Below, piece by piece: positions 27,082 to 37,393 of a stretch of 64,000 nucleotides of DNA. How positions within the stretch are numbered: the first letter of the stretch is position 1; the number at the start of each line of letters is the position of its first letter. The notes below the pieces were generated by a model. That model did no database searches and had not been told where the DNA came from. It saw only the letters and a list, made by a program, of their open reading frames with translations. Source of the stretch: Actinomycetota bacterium (GTDB lineage: Bacteria; Actinomycetota; Acidimicrobiia; Acidimicrobiales; CADCSY01); contig JAHWJI010000002.1 of assembly GCA_019348495.1 (NCBI GenBank), positions 72 through 64,071 on the forward strand, in the 5' to 3' direction. Made by a program: the position numbers and the translations under genes.

Positions 27082-27090
27082 GCGTTCGGC

Positions 27091-28065
27091 GTGGAGCCGA
27101 CGGGACCGCCGGCGCCGCTGGTGCGCATCGCCACCCGGGGCAGCGCGTTGGCCCGCTGGCAGGCCGAGCACGTCGCGTCGCGGCTGCGAGCAGCCCGACC
27201 GGGTCTGGTCGTCGAGTTGGTGGTGGTCGACACCCTGGGGGACCAGGCGATCGACCGGCCCATCTGGGAGCTCGGTGGGCAGGGGATCTTCGTCAAGGAG
27301 GTGCAGGCTGCGGTGCTCGACGGGCGGGCCGACCTGGCCGTGCACTCGGCCAAGGACCTGCCCTCGGACCCGACGCTGGGCCTGCCCGGGCTGGCGATAG
27401 CCGCCGTGCCGCAACGGGGTGACGCCCGTGACGTGCTGGTCGGATGCCGACTGGCCGACATCCCGCCCGGCGGCGTCGTCGCCACCGGCTCGACCCGGCG
27501 CCGAGCCCAGCTCGCCGACCTGCGCCCCGACCTGACCTTCACCGGGTTGCGGGGCAACATCGACACCAGGCTGCGTCGAGTGGGCGACGGCGTGGTGGGC
27601 GCGGTGGTGATGGCCGCTGCCGCCCTCCAGCGCCTGGGCCGGGAGGGGTTCGTCGTCGAGGTGTTGGAGCCCTCGACGATGGTGCCCCAGGTGGGCCAGG
27701 GGGCGCTGGCGGTGGAGTGTCGTCAAGACGACGAGCCCACGCTCGCCCTGCTGGCCGGCATCGAGCACCCACCGTCGCGACGGGCGGTGGACGCCGAGCG
27801 GGCGTTCCTGGCCTGTCTGGGTGGAGGCTGCGAGCTGCCGGTGGGCGCCCACGCCACCGTGGACGAGGCTGGCCGCATGCGGTTGCGTGCCGTGCTGGCC
27901 ACCCTCGACGGTCGGGTGGTGTTGCGTGACGAGGTGGTGGCCCACCCAGGCGCCGATCCCGGTGCGCTCGGTCGAGGCCTGGGCCGGCGCCTGCTCCAGG
28001 CCGGTGGCGGCCGATCGCTCCTCTCCGACATGGGCGTGCGCACCCTCGAACGGTCCCTGCGGTAG
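27091..28065 (+). CDS. hemC: Hydroxymethylbilane synthase (porphobilinogen deaminase)
   Basis: RIATRGSALARWQAEHV...VVDTLGDQ...GIFVKEVQ...HSAKDLP...GGCELPVGAHA. Confidence 0.9.
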   Translation: MEPTGPPAPLVRIATRGSALARWQAEHVASRLRAARPGLVVELVVVDTLGDQAIDRPIWELGGQGIFVKEVQAAVLDGRADLAVHSAKDLPSDPTLGLPGLAIAAVPQRGDARDVLVGCRLADIPPGGVVATGSTRRRAQLADLRPDLTFTGLRGNIDTRLRRVGDGVVGAVVMAAAALQRLGREGFVVEVLEPSTMVPQVGQGALAVECRQDDEPTLALLAGIEHPPSRRAVDAERAFLACLGGGCELPVGAHATVDEAGRMRLRAVLATLDGRVVLRDEVVAHPGADPGALGRGLGRRLLQAGGGRSLLSDMGVRTLERSLR

Positions 28066-28072
28066 AGCCGCC

Positions 28073-29536
28073 GTGACGGTGTACCTCGTCGGTGCCGGGC
28101 CGGGTGACCCGGGGCTGTTGACCGTGCGGGCGGCCGAGGTGCTGGCCCGGGCCGAGGTGGTGGTCCACGATCGTCTCTCGGTGGCGTCCCTGCTCGACCT
28201 GGCCCCTCCCGGTGCCGAGCGCATCAGCGTGGGCAAGACCCCCCGGGGGCCCAGCACCCCTCAGGTCGACATCAACGCCTTGCTGGTGGCCAGGGGCGGC
28301 GCCGGCCAGGAGGTGGTCCGCCTCAAGGGCGGCGACCCGTTCGTCTTCGCCCGGGGTGGCGAGGAGGCGGCCGCCCTCCAGTCGGCGGGTGTCGCCTTCG
28401 AGATCGTGCCCGGGATCACCTCGGCCGTGGCCGTGCCCGCCTACGCCGGGGTGCCGCTCACCGCCCGGGGCCTCAACACCACCGTCACCGTGGTCACCGG
28501 CCACGAGGACAGCCTGAGCGGAGGGCGCACCGACTGGGAGGCGGTGGCCAGGTTGGGGGGCACCATCGTGGTGCTGATGGGTGTGGCCACCCGGGCGGTC
28601 ATCGCCGAGCGGCTCATGGCCGGCGGGCTGGCCCCGACCACGCCCGTGGCCGCCGTGCGCTGGGGCACCCGGCCCGAGCAGCACACCGTGCGCACCACCC
28701 TGGCCGGCCTCGGTCCCGCCCCGGTCGCCTCGCCCGCGGTGATCGTGGTGGGGGCGGTGGCCGGGCTGGACCTGGCCTGGTACGAACGGCTGGCGCTGTT
28801 CGGTCGCTCGGTGGTGGTCACCCGGCCGCCGGCGCAGGCCTCGGCGCTCTCCGGGCGCCTGGCCCGCCTCGGCGCACGGGTCGTCGAGCTGCCCGTCATC
28901 GAGATCCACGATCCCACCGACGGGGGCGCCGCCCTGGCCTCGGCCGCGGCGGCAGTGGCCGCCTACGACTGGGTGGTGTTCACGTCGGCCAACGCCGTCG
29001 AGCGCTTCCTGCACCTGCTGCGCGACGCCCGCGCCTTTGGCCCCGCCCGGGTGGCGGCCATCGGTCCGGGCACGGCCGCGGCCCTGGCCGAGGCCCGGGT
29101 GGTGTCCGATCTGGTGCCCGAGCGCTTCGTGGCCGAGTCGCTGCTCGACGCCTTCCCCCCCGCACCGCCCGCACGGGGGGGACGGGTGCTCCTGCCCCGG
29201 GCCGCGGTGGCGCGAGACGTGCTGCCCGACGGCTTGCGGGCGCGTGGCTGGGAGGTCGACGTGGTGGAGGCCTACCGCACCCGCACGGCCTGCCCTCCAC
29301 CGGCGCTGGTGGCGTCGGCCGCCGGCTGCGACGCGGTGACCTTCACCTCGTCGTCGAGCGTCACCGGGTTCCTGGAGGCGGTGGGACGGGAGGCGCTGCC
29401 CCCGGTGGTGGCCTGCATAGGGCCCGTCACCGCCGCCACTGCCCGCCGGCACCGGATCACCGTGGACGTCGAGGCCGACGTGCACACCCTCGACGGGCTG
29501 GTCGACGCCCTGGTGGCCGTGCTCGGGCGGCGGTGA
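28073..29536 (+). CDS. cobA/hemD: Bifunctional uroporphyrinogen-III C-methyltransferase / uroporphyrinogen-III synthase
   Basis: GTG at 28073. VYLVGAGPGDPGLLTVRAAEVL...VVRLKGGDPFVFARGGEE (SUMT), followed by a HemD half with DWVVFTSANAV and DAVTFTSSSSV. Confidence 0.85.
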   Translation: MTVYLVGAGPGDPGLLTVRAAEVLARAEVVVHDRLSVASLLDLAPPGAERISVGKTPRGPSTPQVDINALLVARGGAGQEVVRLKGGDPFVFARGGEEAAALQSAGVAFEIVPGITSAVAVPAYAGVPLTARGLNTTVTVVTGHEDSLSGGRTDWEAVARLGGTIVVLMGVATRAVIAERLMAGGLAPTTPVAAVRWGTRPEQHTVRTTLAGLGPAPVASPAVIVVGAVAGLDLAWYERLALFGRSVVVTRPPAQASALSGRLARLGARVVELPVIEIHDPTDGGAALASAAAAVAAYDWVVFTSANAVERFLHLLRDARAFGPARVAAIGPGTAAALAEARVVSDLVPERFVAESLLDAFPPAPPARGGRVLLPRAAVARDVLPDGLRARGWEVDVVEAYRTRTACPPPALVASAAGCDAVTFTSSSSVTGFLEAVGREALPPVVACIGPVTAATARRHRITVDVEADVHTLDGLVDALVAVLGRR

Positions 29537-29639
29537 AGGCGAGCCCCCGCCGGTGGTGACGACGAGAGGCACTGACCCGGGCTCCGAGGGTCCGACACGG
29601 TGGTCACGACCTGGGACGGCGGGGCTCCGTAGGCTGGGC

Positions 29640-30620
29640 GTGGTGAGCTTTCCCGCCCGACGGATGCGGCGCCTGCGGCGGACCCCGGCGCTGCGCCGGC
29701 TGGTCGCCGAAGCCCGCCTGTCGGTCGACGACCTGGTGGCCCCGCTGTTCGTGGGCGAGGGCATCGACGAGCCCCGGCCCATCGCCTCGCTGCCCGGCAT
29801 GGTCCAACACAGCCGGGAGTCCCTGCGCAAGGAGGTGGCCGCCCTGGCCGACCTGGGGATCCCCGGAGTGATGCTCTTCGGCATCCCCACCACGAGGGAC
29901 GCCGAGGGCAGCCAGGCGTGGGCACCCGACGGCATCGTCCAGGTGGCGCTGGCCGAGCTGCGGGTCGAGGTGGGCGACGACGTGGTGCTCATGGCCGACC
30001 TGTGCCTCGACGAGTACACCGACCACGGCCACTGTGGCGTGCTCGCCCCCGACGGCAGCGTCGACAACGACCTCACCCTCGAGCGCTACGCCCAGGTGGC
30101 GCTGGCCCAGGCGGGGGCCGGCGCCGACGTGGTCGCTCCCAGCGGGATGATGGACGGCCAGGTGGCGGCCATCCGCTCGGCGCTCGAGCGTGGCGGTCAC
30201 CACCGGGTGGCCATCCTGGCCTACGCGGCCAAGTACGCCTCGGCCCTCTACGGCCCTTTCCGCGACGCCGTCGACGTCACCATCGCCGGCGGGGGGGACC
30301 GTCGGTCCTACCAGCAGGACCATCGCAACCGGCGAGAGGCCATGGCCGAGGTGGCGCTCGACGTGGCTGAAGGCGCCGACCTGGTCATGGTCAAGCCCGC
30401 CCTGGCCTGCCTCGACGTCATCGCCGACGTCCGCCGGGCGCTCGACGTCCCCGTCGCCGCCTATCACGTGTCGGGGGAGTACGCCATGGTCCACGCCGCC
30501 GCCGAGCGGGGCTGGATCGACGGGCCGGCCGTGGCCGTCGAGCAGCTCCAAGCGGTCAAGCGGGCCGGGGCCGACATCATCGTCACCTACTTCGCCCGCG
30601 AGGTGGCTGGGGCCCTGTGA
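29640..30620 (+). CDS. hemB: Porphobilinogen synthase (delta-aminolevulinate dehydratase)
   Basis: FPARRMRRLRRTPALRRLV...APSGMMDGQV...VKPALACLDVI...YHVSGEYAM. The start could be GTG 29640 or 29643. Confidence 0.9.
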   Translation: MVSFPARRMRRLRRTPALRRLVAEARLSVDDLVAPLFVGEGIDEPRPIASLPGMVQHSRESLRKEVAALADLGIPGVMLFGIPTTRDAEGSQAWAPDGIVQVALAELRVEVGDDVVLMADLCLDEYTDHGHCGVLAPDGSVDNDLTLERYAQVALAQAGAGADVVAPSGMMDGQVAAIRSALERGGHHRVAILAYAAKYASALYGPFRDAVDVTIAGGGDRRSYQQDHRNRREAMAEVALDVAEGADLVMVKPALACLDVIADVRRALDVPVAAYHVSGEYAMVHAAAERGWIDGPAVAVEQLQAVKRAGADIIVTYFAREVAGAL

Positions 30621-31957
30621 GCGCCGGCGACACCAACGACTCTCTGTTCGACCGGGCCTGTCGGGTGATGCCCGGCGGGGTGAGCTCGCCCGTGCGGGCC
30701 TTCGGGGCGGTGGGCGGCACCCCGTACTTCGTGGCCCGGGCCGAGGGCGCCCACGTGTGGGACGTGGAGGGTCGTCGCTACCTCGACTACGTGCAGAGCT
30801 ACGGGGCGTCGATCCTGGGCCACGCCCACCCCCGGGTGGTCGAGGCGGTGCGAGCGGCAGCAGGACGGGGGACCACCTACGGCGCCCCCACCGAGGGCGA
30901 GGTGCTGCTGGGCGAGGAGCTGGCCCTGCGGGTCGAGGGCCTGGAGATGGTGCGCCTGGTCTCGAGCGGGACCGAGGCGGCCATGTCGGCGGTGCGCCTG
31001 GCCCGGGGGGCCACCGGGCGGTCGAGGATCGTCAAGTTCGCCGGGTGCTACCACGGCCACAGCGATGGACTCCTGGCCGCCGGTGGCAGCGGGGTGGCCG
31101 ACGCCGGTCTGGCCGACTCGGCGGGAGTGACCGCCGGCGCCGTGGCTGACACGGTGGTGGCCCCCTACAACCGGGTACCGGAGGTGGGCGACGACGTGGC
31201 CGCCGTGGTGGTGGAGCCGGTGGCGGCCAACATGGGCCTGGTCGCCCCCGCCGAGGGGTTCCTCGCCGGGCTTCGCCAGGCGTGTGACCGCGCCGGTGCC
31301 CTGTTGTGCTTCGACGAGGTGATCACCGGTTTCCGGCTCGGTCCCGGTGGTGCCAGCCAGCGCTTCGGTGTCCGCCCCGACCTGTGGTGCTTCGGCAAGG
31401 TCATCGGCGGCGGGCTGCCGCTGGGGGCCTTCGGCGGCCGGCGCGACGTCATGGAGCACCTCGCCCCGCTGGGGCCGGTGTACCAGGCCGGCACCCTGTC
31501 GGGGAACCCGGTGGCCACCGCCGCCGGGCTCGCGGTACTGGCTGAGCTGGATGCCGGCGCCTACACGATGCTCGATGGCCGGGCCGCGGAGCTGGCGGCG
31601 GCGCTGTCGGAGGTCATCACCGGCGCCGGGCTGGCCGTGCAGGTACCCCGGGTCGGTCCCCTCCTGGGGTTGTTCTTCTCGTCGAGCCCGGTGTGCGACC
31701 ACGACGAGGCCAGGGCCGCGGTGGCCAACGGTCGCTACCGGCGCTTCTTTCGGGCCATGCTCGACCGCGGCGTCGCCTTGGCCCCCGGGCCCTACGAAGC
31801 CATCTTCCCCAGCCTTGCCCACGGCCGTGACGACATCGAGCGCACGGCCGACGCCGCCGCCGCCGCCGCCCGGGAGGTCCTGGGCCACGAGGTCGAAGGG
31901 CGGGCGGGGGCGAGCGGGGGAACGGGAGTCGACCGGCCCGGTAGGGTCCGAGCGTGA
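30617..31957 (+). CDS. hemL: Glutamate-1-semialdehyde 2,1-aminomutase
   Basis: GTGA overlap with hemB. MPGGVSSPVRAF...FDEVITGFR...FGKVIGGGLPLGAFGGR. Confidence 0.9.
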   Translation: MSAGDTNDSLFDRACRVMPGGVSSPVRAFGAVGGTPYFVARAEGAHVWDVEGRRYLDYVQSYGASILGHAHPRVVEAVRAAAGRGTTYGAPTEGEVLLGEELALRVEGLEMVRLVSSGTEAAMSAVRLARGATGRSRIVKFAGCYHGHSDGLLAAGGSGVADAGLADSAGVTAGAVADTVVAPYNRVPEVGDDVAAVVVEPVAANMGLVAPAEGFLAGLRQACDRAGALLCFDEVITGFRLGPGGASQRFGVRPDLWCFGKVIGGGLPLGAFGGRRDVMEHLAPLGPVYQAGTLSGNPVATAAGLAVLAELDAGAYTMLDGRAAELAAALSEVITGAGLAVQVPRVGPLLGLFFSSSPVCDHDEARAAVANGRYRRFFRAMLDRGVALAPGPYEAIFPSLAHGRDDIERTADAAAAAAREVLGHEVEGRAGASGGTGVDRPGRVRA

Positions 31958-33516
31958 CGAAGACCGCCGATGTGATCGGTCGCGCCCGGCTGGGACCGAT
32001 CGCCGATGCCGTGGCCGTCGCCACCGACGACCTGGTGGCCCGCGACGCGCTGCGTCGCATGTGGATGGGCGACCACACCCTCTGGGACGACGAGCCCACC
32101 GAGATCGCCGATCGACTCGGTTGGCTGCACGTGGTGGGGGAGATGGCCGAGCGGGTGGGCGAGCTCGAAGCCATGGCCGCCGAGGCCGTCGCCGACGGCC
32201 TGCGCCACGCCGTGCTGTTGGGCATGGGCGGCTCCAGCCTGTTCCCCGAGGTGCTGTGGCGCAGCTTCGGGCCGTCGCCGGGGCACCTCGACCTGACCGT
32301 GCTCGACACCACCGACCCGGCAGCCATCGCCCGGGTCGCCTCCGATCACGACCTCGACGCCTGCCTGTTCGTGGCTGCCTCCAAGTCGGGCGTGACCATC
32401 GAGACCATCAGCCAGCTGGCCCACTTCTGGGAGCTGACCGGAGGCGACGGCCGTCGTTTCCTGGCCATAACCGACCCCGGCACCGAGCTGGCCCGCCTCG
32501 GCCGCGACCGGGGCTTTCACCGCGTCTACGAGAACCGCCCCGACATCGGCGGGCGCTACTCGGCGCTGTCGTACTTCGGCTTGGTGCCCGCGGCCCTGCT
32601 CGGCGTCGACCTCGCCGGCCTCTTGGCCCGCGTCCCGGACCCGATGGCGTTCACCAGCGCGTTGGAGCGTCCCGACGAGGAGCACCCTGGGGTGCGCCTG
32701 GGCGCCACCATCGCCGCCGCGGCCCTGGCCGGGCGGGACAAGCTCACCCTTGTGCTGCCCCATGAGATCGGGGCCTTCGGGCTGTGGCTGGAGCAGCTCG
32801 TGGCCGAGTCGACGGGCAAGCAGGGCACGGGCATCGTACCTGTCGTGGGCGAGCACCTGGGCCGGTCCCAGGACTACGGCGACGACCGCATCTTCGTCGC
32901 CGTCGGCTACCGGCCGGGGCTCGACGACCTGGCTGCCGCCGGGCACCCGGTGGTGGAGCTGGCCTACCGCGACCGCCTCGACGTGGGTGGCCTCGTCGTG
33001 GTGTGGGAGCAGGCCACGGCCCTGGCCGGTGCCGTGCTCGGCATCAACCCCTTCGACCAGCCCGACGTGGCCGCGGCCAAGACGGCCACCAACCGGGTGC
33101 TCTACGAGGGCCTGCCCGACATCGATGTCGTGGCCCTCTCGGGACTGCTCGAACAGGTCCGCGCCGGCGACTACCTCTCTCTGCAGGCCTACGTCGACCC
33201 CGGTGACGCCGAGCTGCTGGGCGGGCTCCACGCCGCCCGCATGGTGCTGCGTGACCGCCTACGGGTAGCCACGACGCTGGGCATCGGCCCCCGCTTCTTG
33301 CACTCCACCGGTCAGCTCCACAAAGGGGGACCGGCCACAGGGGTGTTCGTCCAGGTGGTGGGGGACGACCCACTCGACGTCGCCATCCCCGGGCGCCCGT
33401 TCGGCTTCTCGGCCCTCAAGCAGGCCCAGGCCGCCGGCGACCTGGTCGCCCTCAAGGCGCGGGGCCTGCGCGCCGGGCGGGTCCGCATCGACGATCTTCT
33501 GGAGGTGGCGTCGTGA
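31954..33516 (+). CDS. pgi: Glucose-6-phosphate isomerase (resembles the PGI half of tal-pgi fusion proteins)
   Basis: GTGA overlap with hemL. DHTLWDDEPTEIADRLGWL...LLGMGGSSL...FVAASKSGVTIET...GIGPRFLHSTGQLHKGGP. Confidence 0.75.
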   Translation: MTKTADVIGRARLGPIADAVAVATDDLVARDALRRMWMGDHTLWDDEPTEIADRLGWLHVVGEMAERVGELEAMAAEAVADGLRHAVLLGMGGSSLFPEVLWRSFGPSPGHLDLTVLDTTDPAAIARVASDHDLDACLFVAASKSGVTIETISQLAHFWELTGGDGRRFLAITDPGTELARLGRDRGFHRVYENRPDIGGRYSALSYFGLVPAALLGVDLAGLLARVPDPMAFTSALERPDEEHPGVRLGATIAAAALAGRDKLTLVLPHEIGAFGLWLEQLVAESTGKQGTGIVPVVGEHLGRSQDYGDDRIFVAVGYRPGLDDLAAAGHPVVELAYRDRLDVGGLVVVWEQATALAGAVLGINPFDQPDVAAAKTATNRVLYEGLPDIDVVALSGLLEQVRAGDYLSLQAYVDPGDAELLGGLHAARMVLRDRLRVATTLGIGPRFLHSTGQLHKGGPATGVFVQVVGDDPLDVAIPGRPFGFSALKQAQAAGDLVALKARGLRAGRVRIDDLLEVAS

Positions 33517-34430
33517 AGCTGGGTCTCATCGGCTTGGGCAAGATGGGGGCCCACATGCGCACCCGCCTCGAGCGGGCCGGCCACGAGGTGGTGGCCTTCG
33601 ACCGCAACCCCGAGGTGTCGGACGTGGCGACCATCGCCGACGTGGTGGACACCCTGGGGGCGACACCGCGGGTGGTGTGGTCCATGGTCCCCTCCGGCGA
33701 CCCCACCGAGGAGACCATCGCCACGCTGGGCGACCTCCTCGGCCCGGGCGACATCGTCGTCGACGGGGGCAACTCCAACTACCACGACTCCATCCGCCGC
33801 GGGAGCGACCTGTCCGACAAGGGGATCGGCTTCATCGACGCCGGCGTGAGCGGCGGCGTGTGGGGCCTCGAGGGGGGCTACTGCCTGATGGTGGGGGGCG
33901 CCGATGAGCACGTCGGCGTCCTCCAGCCCGTGTTCGACGCCCTGACCCCGGCTGACGGCGGCTTCGCCCACGTAGGGCCGATGGGGTCCGGCCACTTCAC
34001 CAAGATGGTCCACAACGGCATCGAGTACGGCCTCATGCACGCCTACGCCGAGGGCTACGAGCTGCTGGCCGCGGCCGACATCGACATCGACGCCGACGCC
34101 GCCGTGCAGGCCTGGCGCCACGGCAGCGTGGTGCGCTCGTGGCTGCTCGACCTGTTGGTCCTGGCCCTCGAGGGTGACCCGGGCCTGGAGTCCATCGCCG
34201 GAAGGGCCCACGACTCGGGCGAGGGCCGCTGGACGGTGCAGGAGGCCGTGCGCCTGGCCGTGCCCCTGCCCGTGATCTCCGCCTCGCTGTTCGCCCGCTT
34301 CTCCTCCCGTCAGCTCGACTCGCCGGCGATGAAGGTGGTGGCCGCCCTGCGCAACCAGTTCGGCGGCCACACCGTCGAGTCGGTGGAGCAGCGCCCCAGT
34401 GATGCCGGGGCCCAGGTCCGGGAGATCTGA
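33513..34430 (+). CDS. gnd: 6-phosphogluconate dehydrogenase, decarboxylating (short Gnd/YqeC-type)
   Basis: GTGA overlap, RBS GGAGGTGG. MKLGLIGLGKMGAHM...GGNSNY...GSGHFTKMVHNGIEYGLM. Confidence 0.85.
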   Translation: MKLGLIGLGKMGAHMRTRLERAGHEVVAFDRNPEVSDVATIADVVDTLGATPRVVWSMVPSGDPTEETIATLGDLLGPGDIVVDGGNSNYHDSIRRGSDLSDKGIGFIDAGVSGGVWGLEGGYCLMVGGADEHVGVLQPVFDALTPADGGFAHVGPMGSGHFTKMVHNGIEYGLMHAYAEGYELLAAADIDIDADAAVQAWRHGSVVRSWLLDLLVLALEGDPGLESIAGRAHDSGEGRWTVQEAVRLAVPLPVISASLFARFSSRQLDSPAMKVVAALRNQFGGHTVESVEQRPSDAGAQVREI

Positions 34431-35834
34431 GTGCTCCCTGCGCCGGCCGACGCCCTGGTCCTGTTCGGGGCCAGCGGCGACCTGGCCCGCAAGAAGCTGT
34501 TCCCCGCCGTGTACCGCCTGGCCCGGCGGGGCCTGCTCGACGGGATCCCCGTGCTCGGTGTGGCCGGCTCCGACTGGGACGACGAGCGACTGCGAGAGTA
34601 CGCCCGCACGTCGATCGACCAATGGGGCGGTGGGGTCGACGCAGCCGCCTTCTCGTCCCTCGCCCGGCGGCTGTCCTATCTCCAGGGCGACTACCGCAGC
34701 GACGCCGTCTACGACGACCTGGCCGAGCGGCTGAGCGGGTCGGCCTGTCCGCTGGTCTACCTGGCCATCCCGCCCGAGCTGTTCGACGATGTGATCTCCG
34801 GCCTGGCCCGGGTCGGCCTCAACCGGCGTGCCCGGTTGGTGGTGGAGAAGCCCTTCGGGCGCGACATGGCCTCCGCCGCCACCCTGGCCGAGTGCGTGGC
34901 CGGCGCCTTCCCCGAGGAGCGGGTGTTCCGCATCGACCACTTCCTCGGCAAGGAGTCGGTCGAGAACCTGCTGGTGTTCCGCTTCGCCAACTCCCTGCTC
35001 GAGCCGGTGTGGAACCGCCGCTACGTCCACAGCGTGCAGGTCACCCTGGCCGAGTCGTTCGGCATCGAGGGGCGGGGTTCGTTCTACGAGGAGGTGGGGG
35101 CGCTGCGCGACGTGGTGCAGAACCACCTCTTGCAGGTGGTGAGCCTGTTGGCCATGGAGCCGCCGGTGGCCGCCGACGCCGACGCCCTGCGCGACGAGAA
35201 GGTCAAGGTGCTCCGGGCCATGCGCCCGCTCGAGCCCGACCAGGTGGTGCGCGGGCAGTACGCCGGCTACCGGGACGAGCCCGGGGTCGATCCCGCCTCG
35301 GAGGTGGAGACCTACGTGGGCCTGCACGCCGAGATCGACTCCTGGCGTTGGGCGGGTGTCCCGTTCCTGGTGCGCTCGGGCAAGCGCATGGCCGCCGACG
35401 TCAACGAGTGCGTCGTGCGCTTCCATGCCCCGCCCCGGATGCTCTTCGCCCCCTCCGACGACGCCCTGCCCGAGCCCGACCTCATGGTGTTCCGCCTCGG
35501 TGGCGACGAAGGGGTCACCCTGCACCTGTCGGCCAAGGCCCCCGGCGATGCCCTGGAGACCCGCCAGGTCGAGCTGGACGTCTCCTTCGACCAGGTCTTC
35601 GGCCCCCGCCAGGGCGCCTACGAGCGGCTGTTGGAGGACGCTTTGGAGGGCGACGCCCGCCGTTTCGCCCGCATCGACGGCGTGATGGAGGCGTGGCGGG
35701 TCGTGCAGCCGGTGCTCGACGCCCCCGGCCCCGTGCACTCCTACGAGTCGGGATCGTGGGGGCCGGCCGAGGCGGCGACGTTGGCCGCTGCCTTCGGTGG
35801 CTGGCTGGATCCGGCAGTGGCCGGGTTCCGGTGA
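34431..35834 (+). CDS. zwf: Glucose-6-phosphate 1-dehydrogenase
   Basis: [20 protein letters not shown] and the active-site motif RIDHFLGKE. Confidence 0.9.
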   Translation: MLPAPADALVLFGASGDLARKKLFPAVYRLARRGLLDGIPVLGVAGSDWDDERLREYARTSIDQWGGGVDAAAFSSLARRLSYLQGDYRSDAVYDDLAERLSGSACPLVYLAIPPELFDDVISGLARVGLNRRARLVVEKPFGRDMASAATLAECVAGAFPEERVFRIDHFLGKESVENLLVFRFANSLLEPVWNRRYVHSVQVTLAESFGIEGRGSFYEEVGALRDVVQNHLLQVVSLLAMEPPVAADADALRDEKVKVLRAMRPLEPDQVVRGQYAGYRDEPGVDPASEVETYVGLHAEIDSWRWAGVPFLVRSGKRMAADVNECVVRFHAPPRMLFAPSDDALPEPDLMVFRLGGDEGVTLHLSAKAPGDALETRQVELDVSFDQVFGPRQGAYERLLEDALEGDARRFARIDGVMEAWRVVQPVLDAPGPVHSYESGSWGPAEAATLAAAFGGWLDPAVAGFR

Positions 35835-36736
35835 GCGACGTCCTGGCCGTTGACCTGGGTGGCTCCTCGATGCGGGCCGCCCTCACCGCCGACGACGGGA
35901 CGGTCCGTTCCCGATGCGAGCGACCTACCCCCCGCTCGCCCACGGCCCAGCCGCTGATCGAGCTGGTGGGCGTGGTGCTGGCCGGCCGGGAGGTGGGATC
36001 GGCGGTGGTCGGTGTGCCCGGGCGAGTCGACTACCGCGTCGGCGTCTTGGAACACGCCCCCAACCTGGCTGCAGGCTGGGCTGACGAGCTGACCGAGGTG
36101 GGGCTGGGTGATGCCTTGGGCGTCGACGTGGCTCTGGCCAACGATGCCGACCTGGCCGCGGTGGGCGAGGCCTGGTTCGGCGCCGGTCGCGACCACCGCG
36201 ACGTGGCCTACCTCACCATCTCCACCGGCATCGGCGCCGGCGTGGTCACCGGCGGGCTGTTGGTGCACGGGCGGCGCTCTCTGGCCGAGATCGGCCACAG
36301 CGTCGTCGACTGGCGGGGGCTGGCCCAGGGCCGGGCGACCGTCGAGCAACTCGGCTCCGGGACCGCCCTGCGCACCCTGGCCGCCGAGGCCGGTCTCGAC
36401 GCCGACGGCCGGGAGGTGGAGCGACGCTGGCGGGCCGGGGACCCGACGGCCAGCGACATCTGGCATGCGGTGGTGACGGTCGCTGCCGCTGCCGCGGTGA
36501 ACCTGGCCCAGCTGTTCGTCCCCGAGGTCATCGTGGTCGGGGGCGGGGTGGGCCTGGTCGGCGACGCAGTGCTCGAGCCCATGCGGGCGCTGTTGGCCGG
36601 GTGGGGACCGTTCGGGCTCCCCGAACCCGTCAGGGTGGTCAACGCCGCACTGGGTGACGACGCCGCCCTCGCCGGCGCCGCCGCCTGGGAGCGGGCCTTC
36701 ACCCCCGCCGCCGCCAGCCGCCCGACGGTGCCATGA
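35831..36736 (+). CDS. ROK-family sugar kinase (probable glucokinase), lacking the Cys-rich zinc motif
   Basis: GTGA overlap with zwf. [15 protein letters not shown]...[18 protein letters not shown]...AEIGH. No CxCGxxGC motif. Confidence 0.65.
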   Translation: MSDVLAVDLGGSSMRAALTADDGTVRSRCERPTPRSPTAQPLIELVGVVLAGREVGSAVVGVPGRVDYRVGVLEHAPNLAAGWADELTEVGLGDALGVDVALANDADLAAVGEAWFGAGRDHRDVAYLTISTGIGAGVVTGGLLVHGRRSLAEIGHSVVDWRGLAQGRATVEQLGSGTALRTLAAEAGLDADGREVERRWRAGDPTASDIWHAVVTVAAAAAVNLAQLFVPEVIVVGGGVGLVGDAVLEPMRALLAGWGPFGLPEPVRVVNAALGDDAALAGAAAWERAFTPAAASRPTVP

Positions 36737-37392
36737 GCGCCGCGCCGCCGGTGGGCGAGATGTGGGTGGTCGACGACGTGGCCGGCGCCTTCGCCTCCCT
36801 GGTGGTGGCCGAGGCGCCCACCACCCTGGCCCTTTCCGGTGGGGGGATGGCCCGGCGGGCCTACGAGCGCCTGGCTGGCACCCGCGGGCTCGACTGGGCC
36901 TCGGTCACCGTGGTCTTCGGCGACGAGCGCTGGGTGCCGGTCACGTCCGAGGACTCCAACGAGGGCATGGCCCGCCAGGTCCTGCTCGACCTGGTCGGCC
37001 CGGCCGAGGTGCGGTCCCTGCGGGGTGCGGGCACCACGCCGGAGGAGGCCGCGGCCGCCTACGACGTTGAGATCGCCGCCCTGGGCGGCCTCGACGTGGT
37101 GCACCTGGGCCTGGGCGACGACGGCCACACCGCGTCGCTGTTCCCGGGCTCGCCCGCGCTGGAGGTCGACGACCGACTCGTGGTCGCCACCGGCGACGAC
37201 GCCCACCCCCACCGCCGCCTCACCTTCACCTTCCCCGCCATCGCGCTCGCCCGTGTGGCCGTGGTTACGGTCGGCGGAGCCGACAAGGCCGACGTCTGGC
37301 GCCGTCTGTGTCGGGGCGACGACCTTCCCGCCGCCCGCATCCGGGCCGAGCGGGTCCTCTGGCTGGTCGACCCGGCCGCCGCCGGCTCGTAG
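36733..37392 (+). CDS. pgl: 6-phosphogluconolactonase
   Basis: ATGA overlap. FGDERWVPVTSEDSN...LGLGDDGHTASLFPGS. Confidence 0.85.
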   Translation: MSAAPPVGEMWVVDDVAGAFASLVVAEAPTTLALSGGGMARRAYERLAGTRGLDWASVTVVFGDERWVPVTSEDSNEGMARQVLLDLVGPAEVRSLRGAGTTPEEAAAAYDVEIAALGGLDVVHLGLGDDGHTASLFPGSPALEVDDRLVVATGDDAHPHRRLTFTFPAIALARVAVVTVGGADKADVWRRLCRGDDLPAARIRAERVLWLVDPAAAGS

Positions 37393-37393
37393 A

